Below, piece after piece: positions 60,761-62,456 of a stretch of DNA of 62,456 bases. Each line of letters begins with the position of its first letter. Positions within the stretch are counted from its first letter, which is position 1. The stretch comes from an uncultured Candidatus Saccharibacteria bacterium. GTDB taxonomy: Bacteria; Patescibacteriota; Saccharimonadia; Saccharimonadales; JAGQNJ01. The stretch covers positions 52,478 through 114,933 of the forward strand of contig CAYRSA010000005.1 of assembly GCA_964426845.1 (NCBI GenBank), in the 5' to 3' direction. Both the position numbers and the translations under genes were made by a program. Under the pieces are notes generated by a model. It searched no databases. It was not told the DNA's origin and saw only the letters and a list, made by a program, of their open reading frames with translations.

Positions 60761-62456
60761 ACTGGACTTTTTGGCGTTTGCGTTTAGTGTGATCGAGTTC
60801 CTTTTTGCGCAGTCTTAAACTCTTGGGCGTAACTTCCAGCAATTCGTCATTTTCGATAAAGTCCAGGCATTGTTCCAGGCTAAGAATTGTTGGTGGCGTC
60901 AGCTGAACCACCCCATCGCTAGATGAACTACGCATATTAGTCAGATGCTTAGCCTTACAGACATTGATTTCCATGTCTTCGCCTCGCTTGTTAAGGCCGA
61001 TAATCTGGCCAGCGTAAACTTTGACAGCGGCATCGACGAAAACCGTGCCTCGTTCCTCGGCGGTTTGCAAGGAGTAAGGTGTGGTCGTGCCGGCTTCAAA
61101 GGCAATCAGCACCCCATTGCGCAGTTGCTCTAGTTTTGAGCCCAACGGTTGGTAGCCTGTCACCTGGGAATGCATAACAATCGTACCCTTAGTATTAGTC
61201 ATCAGGATGTTGCGCAAGCCAATCAGGGCCCGGGTCGGCAATTCGTAAACTAGCTTGGTAACTCCCTTGGGTGAAGCAAATTGGTCGTGCAAAGTAGCTT
61301 TGCGTTGGCCAAGTTCCATTTGGACAGCTCCGACATAGTCGGCGGGTACTTCGATGTTAACTTCTTCAACTGGCTCTTCGGTGACACCGTCTTTTTCGCG
61401 GGTGACAACTTGGGGCCGACCTACTTCGAACTCAAAGCCTTCCCGGCGCATAGTTTCAATCAGGACACTTAGGTGGAGTTCGCCCCGGCCCGAGACCTTA
61501 AAGCCGATGCCGTCTTCTTCTACGCGCAGTCCGACATTAGTTTCCAGCTCTTTATTAAGTCGATCGGCAATCTGCCGGCTGGTGCTGAACTCGCCCTCCG
61601 TACCCTTGAATGGACTGGTGTTAGGGCCAAGATAAATCTGTAGAGTTGGCGCTTCGACCTCTAGTACTGGTAGAGCCTCAGGACTGGTGGCGTCAGCTAT
61701 GGTTTCACCAATCTGAGCATCACCAATGCCAGTCAACTGAACGATGTCGCCGGCCACACCTTCTGGGACTTCAAATCTACTGACTCCGTGGCTCATAAAA
61801 ACTAAGTCGACTTTGGCCTTGGTGACCGAGCCGTCTTTTTTGCATAAACTGACCTGATCGCCGGCCTTGATGTGGCCACGAGTGATTCGGCCGACGGCGT
61901 ACTTACCTTTGAAACTATCCCAAGAAAGAGCCGTGACCAACATTTGAAAAGGCTTATCCAGCTCGGCTGGCGGAGCTGGAATCTCGTGCATAATTGATTG
62001 GAAAATGACTTCCAAGTCACCAGGCGCTTCGGGATCTGCTGGGGTCTCTTTCCAAGCCTTGCCTTCACGGCCAACGGCGTAGTACACCGGATAGTGCAGT
62101 TGGTCCTCGTGAATGGCCAGCTCTAAGAATAAATCAGCCAACTCATCCTCCACTTGGGCAATTCGGCTACCGTCCTTGTCAATCTTGTTGATCACCACAA
62201 TCGGCTTCAAACCCTGAGCCAAAGCCTTAGTCAACACAAACTTAGTCTGCGGCATCGGACCTTCCTGAGCATCAACAATCAGTAAACAACCGTCGGCCAA
62301 GTTTAGAGTCCTCTCCACTTCACCACTGAAGTCGGCGTGCCCGGGCGTGTCGATGATATTGATCCTATAGTCCTCATGCTGAACGGCCGTCACTTTGGCG
62401 GTGATGGTAATACCGCGTTCGCGCTCCTGGTCACCAGAATCCATAATAAGGTCCTG
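60753..62456 (-). CDS. typA: Translational GTPase TypA/BipA (N-terminus outside the window)
   Basis: It carries RGITI, DTPGHADF and NKIDK. The frame stays open to the window edge (QDLIMDSG...), so the G1 motif lies upstream of the window. Its 3' end overlaps the convergent gene by 8 nt. Confidence 0.93.
   Translation of the reverse strand, partial: QDLIMDSGDQERERGITITAKVTAVQHEDYRINIIDTPGHADFSGEVERTLNLADGCLLIVDAQEGPMPQTKFVLTKALAQGLKPIVVINKIDKDGSRIAQVEDELADLFLELAIHEDQLHYPVYYAVGREGKAWKETPADPEAPGDLEVIFQSIMHEIPAPPAELDKPFQMLVTALSWDSFKGKYAVGRITRGHIKAGDQVSLCKKDGSVTKAKVDLVFMSHGVSRFEVPEGVAGDIVQLTGIGDAQIGETIADATSPEALPVLEVEAPTLQIYLGPNTSPFKGTEGEFSTSRQIADRLNKELETNVGLRVEEDGIGFKVSGRGELHLSVLIETMRREGFEFEVGRPQVVTREKDGVTEEPVEEVNIEVPADYVGAVQMELGQRKATLHDQFASPKGVTKLVYELPTRALIGLRNILMTNTKGTIVMHSQVTGYQPLGSKLEQLRNGVLIAFEAGTTTPYSLQTAEERGTVFVDAAVKVYAGQIIGLNKRGEDMEINVCKAKHLTNMRSSSSDGVVQLTPPTILSLEQCLDFIENDELLEVTPKSLRLRKKELDHTKRKRQKVQST

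Noticed and set aside
1-62456. Search of all intergenic gaps for tRNA, tmRNA, RNase P, SRP or 6S RNA genes and for IS or transposon ends
   Set aside because: The longest gaps are 212, 208 and 137 bp. I saw no cloverleaf-like or conserved ncRNA features by eye and no terminal inverted repeats. A covariance-model scan (Infernal/Rfam, tRNAscan-SE) would be needed to exclude small RNAs formally.

Overview
This window is gene-dense. I count about 61 CDS, with only ~2.2 kb intergenic by my gene model (~96% coding). The genetic code is standard: TAA, TAG and TGA all act as stops. I recognised no rRNA, tRNA, CRISPR array, transposase or integrase.

Both window edges cut genes: nusA on the left and typA/bipA on the right. 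nusA is missing from the ORF track because it has no stop codon inside the window.

The content is mainly housekeeping:
- nusA, pepN, rnhB-yraN, rplS, a malic enzyme, a lone PilB-type ATPase, dnaE, galU and uvrB
- gatC-gatA-X-gatB, where X is an inserted membrane ORF
- a nine-gene translationally coupled sugar-phosphate operon: gap, rpiB, rpe, split tkt, fba, PfkB kinase, unknown, LOG-like
- ppa and grx-trxB
- pheS-GNAT-pheT followed by an ABC exporter
- yajQ, a GH63-like glycosidase, NDH-2 and rmuC
- a ZIP/Fur divergon, PAP2, an ABC-2 transporter and a minimal K+ channel
- a cell-surface block: a DUF2207 protein, a 1138-aa beta-helix repeat protein with an LAxTG-type sorting signal, and Pro-rich proteins

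The extreme compaction, split transketolase, type IV pilus ATPase and Gram-positive-type sorting signal suggest a reduced-genome organism, possibly Patescibacteria/Saccharibacteria-like. That is inference only.

I see no obvious defence island, biosynthetic gene cluster or mobile element. The observations most worth a second look are:
1. A -10 box sits 6-8 nt upstream of about one third of start codons, which points to leaderless mRNAs and internal promoters.
2. Uncharacterised genes are welded by 4-nt overlaps into essential operons: gatA-X-gatB, pheS-GNAT-pheT, and PfkB kinase-unknown-LOG-like.
3. The surface block at 54.1-60.8 kb includes a probable non-canonical ATT start for the giant adhesin-like protein and a 78-aa protein with 32% Pro and no basic residues.
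4. Two leaderless genes are orphans: 31741-32418, with 2OG-oxygenase-like motif spacing, and 33589-34587.
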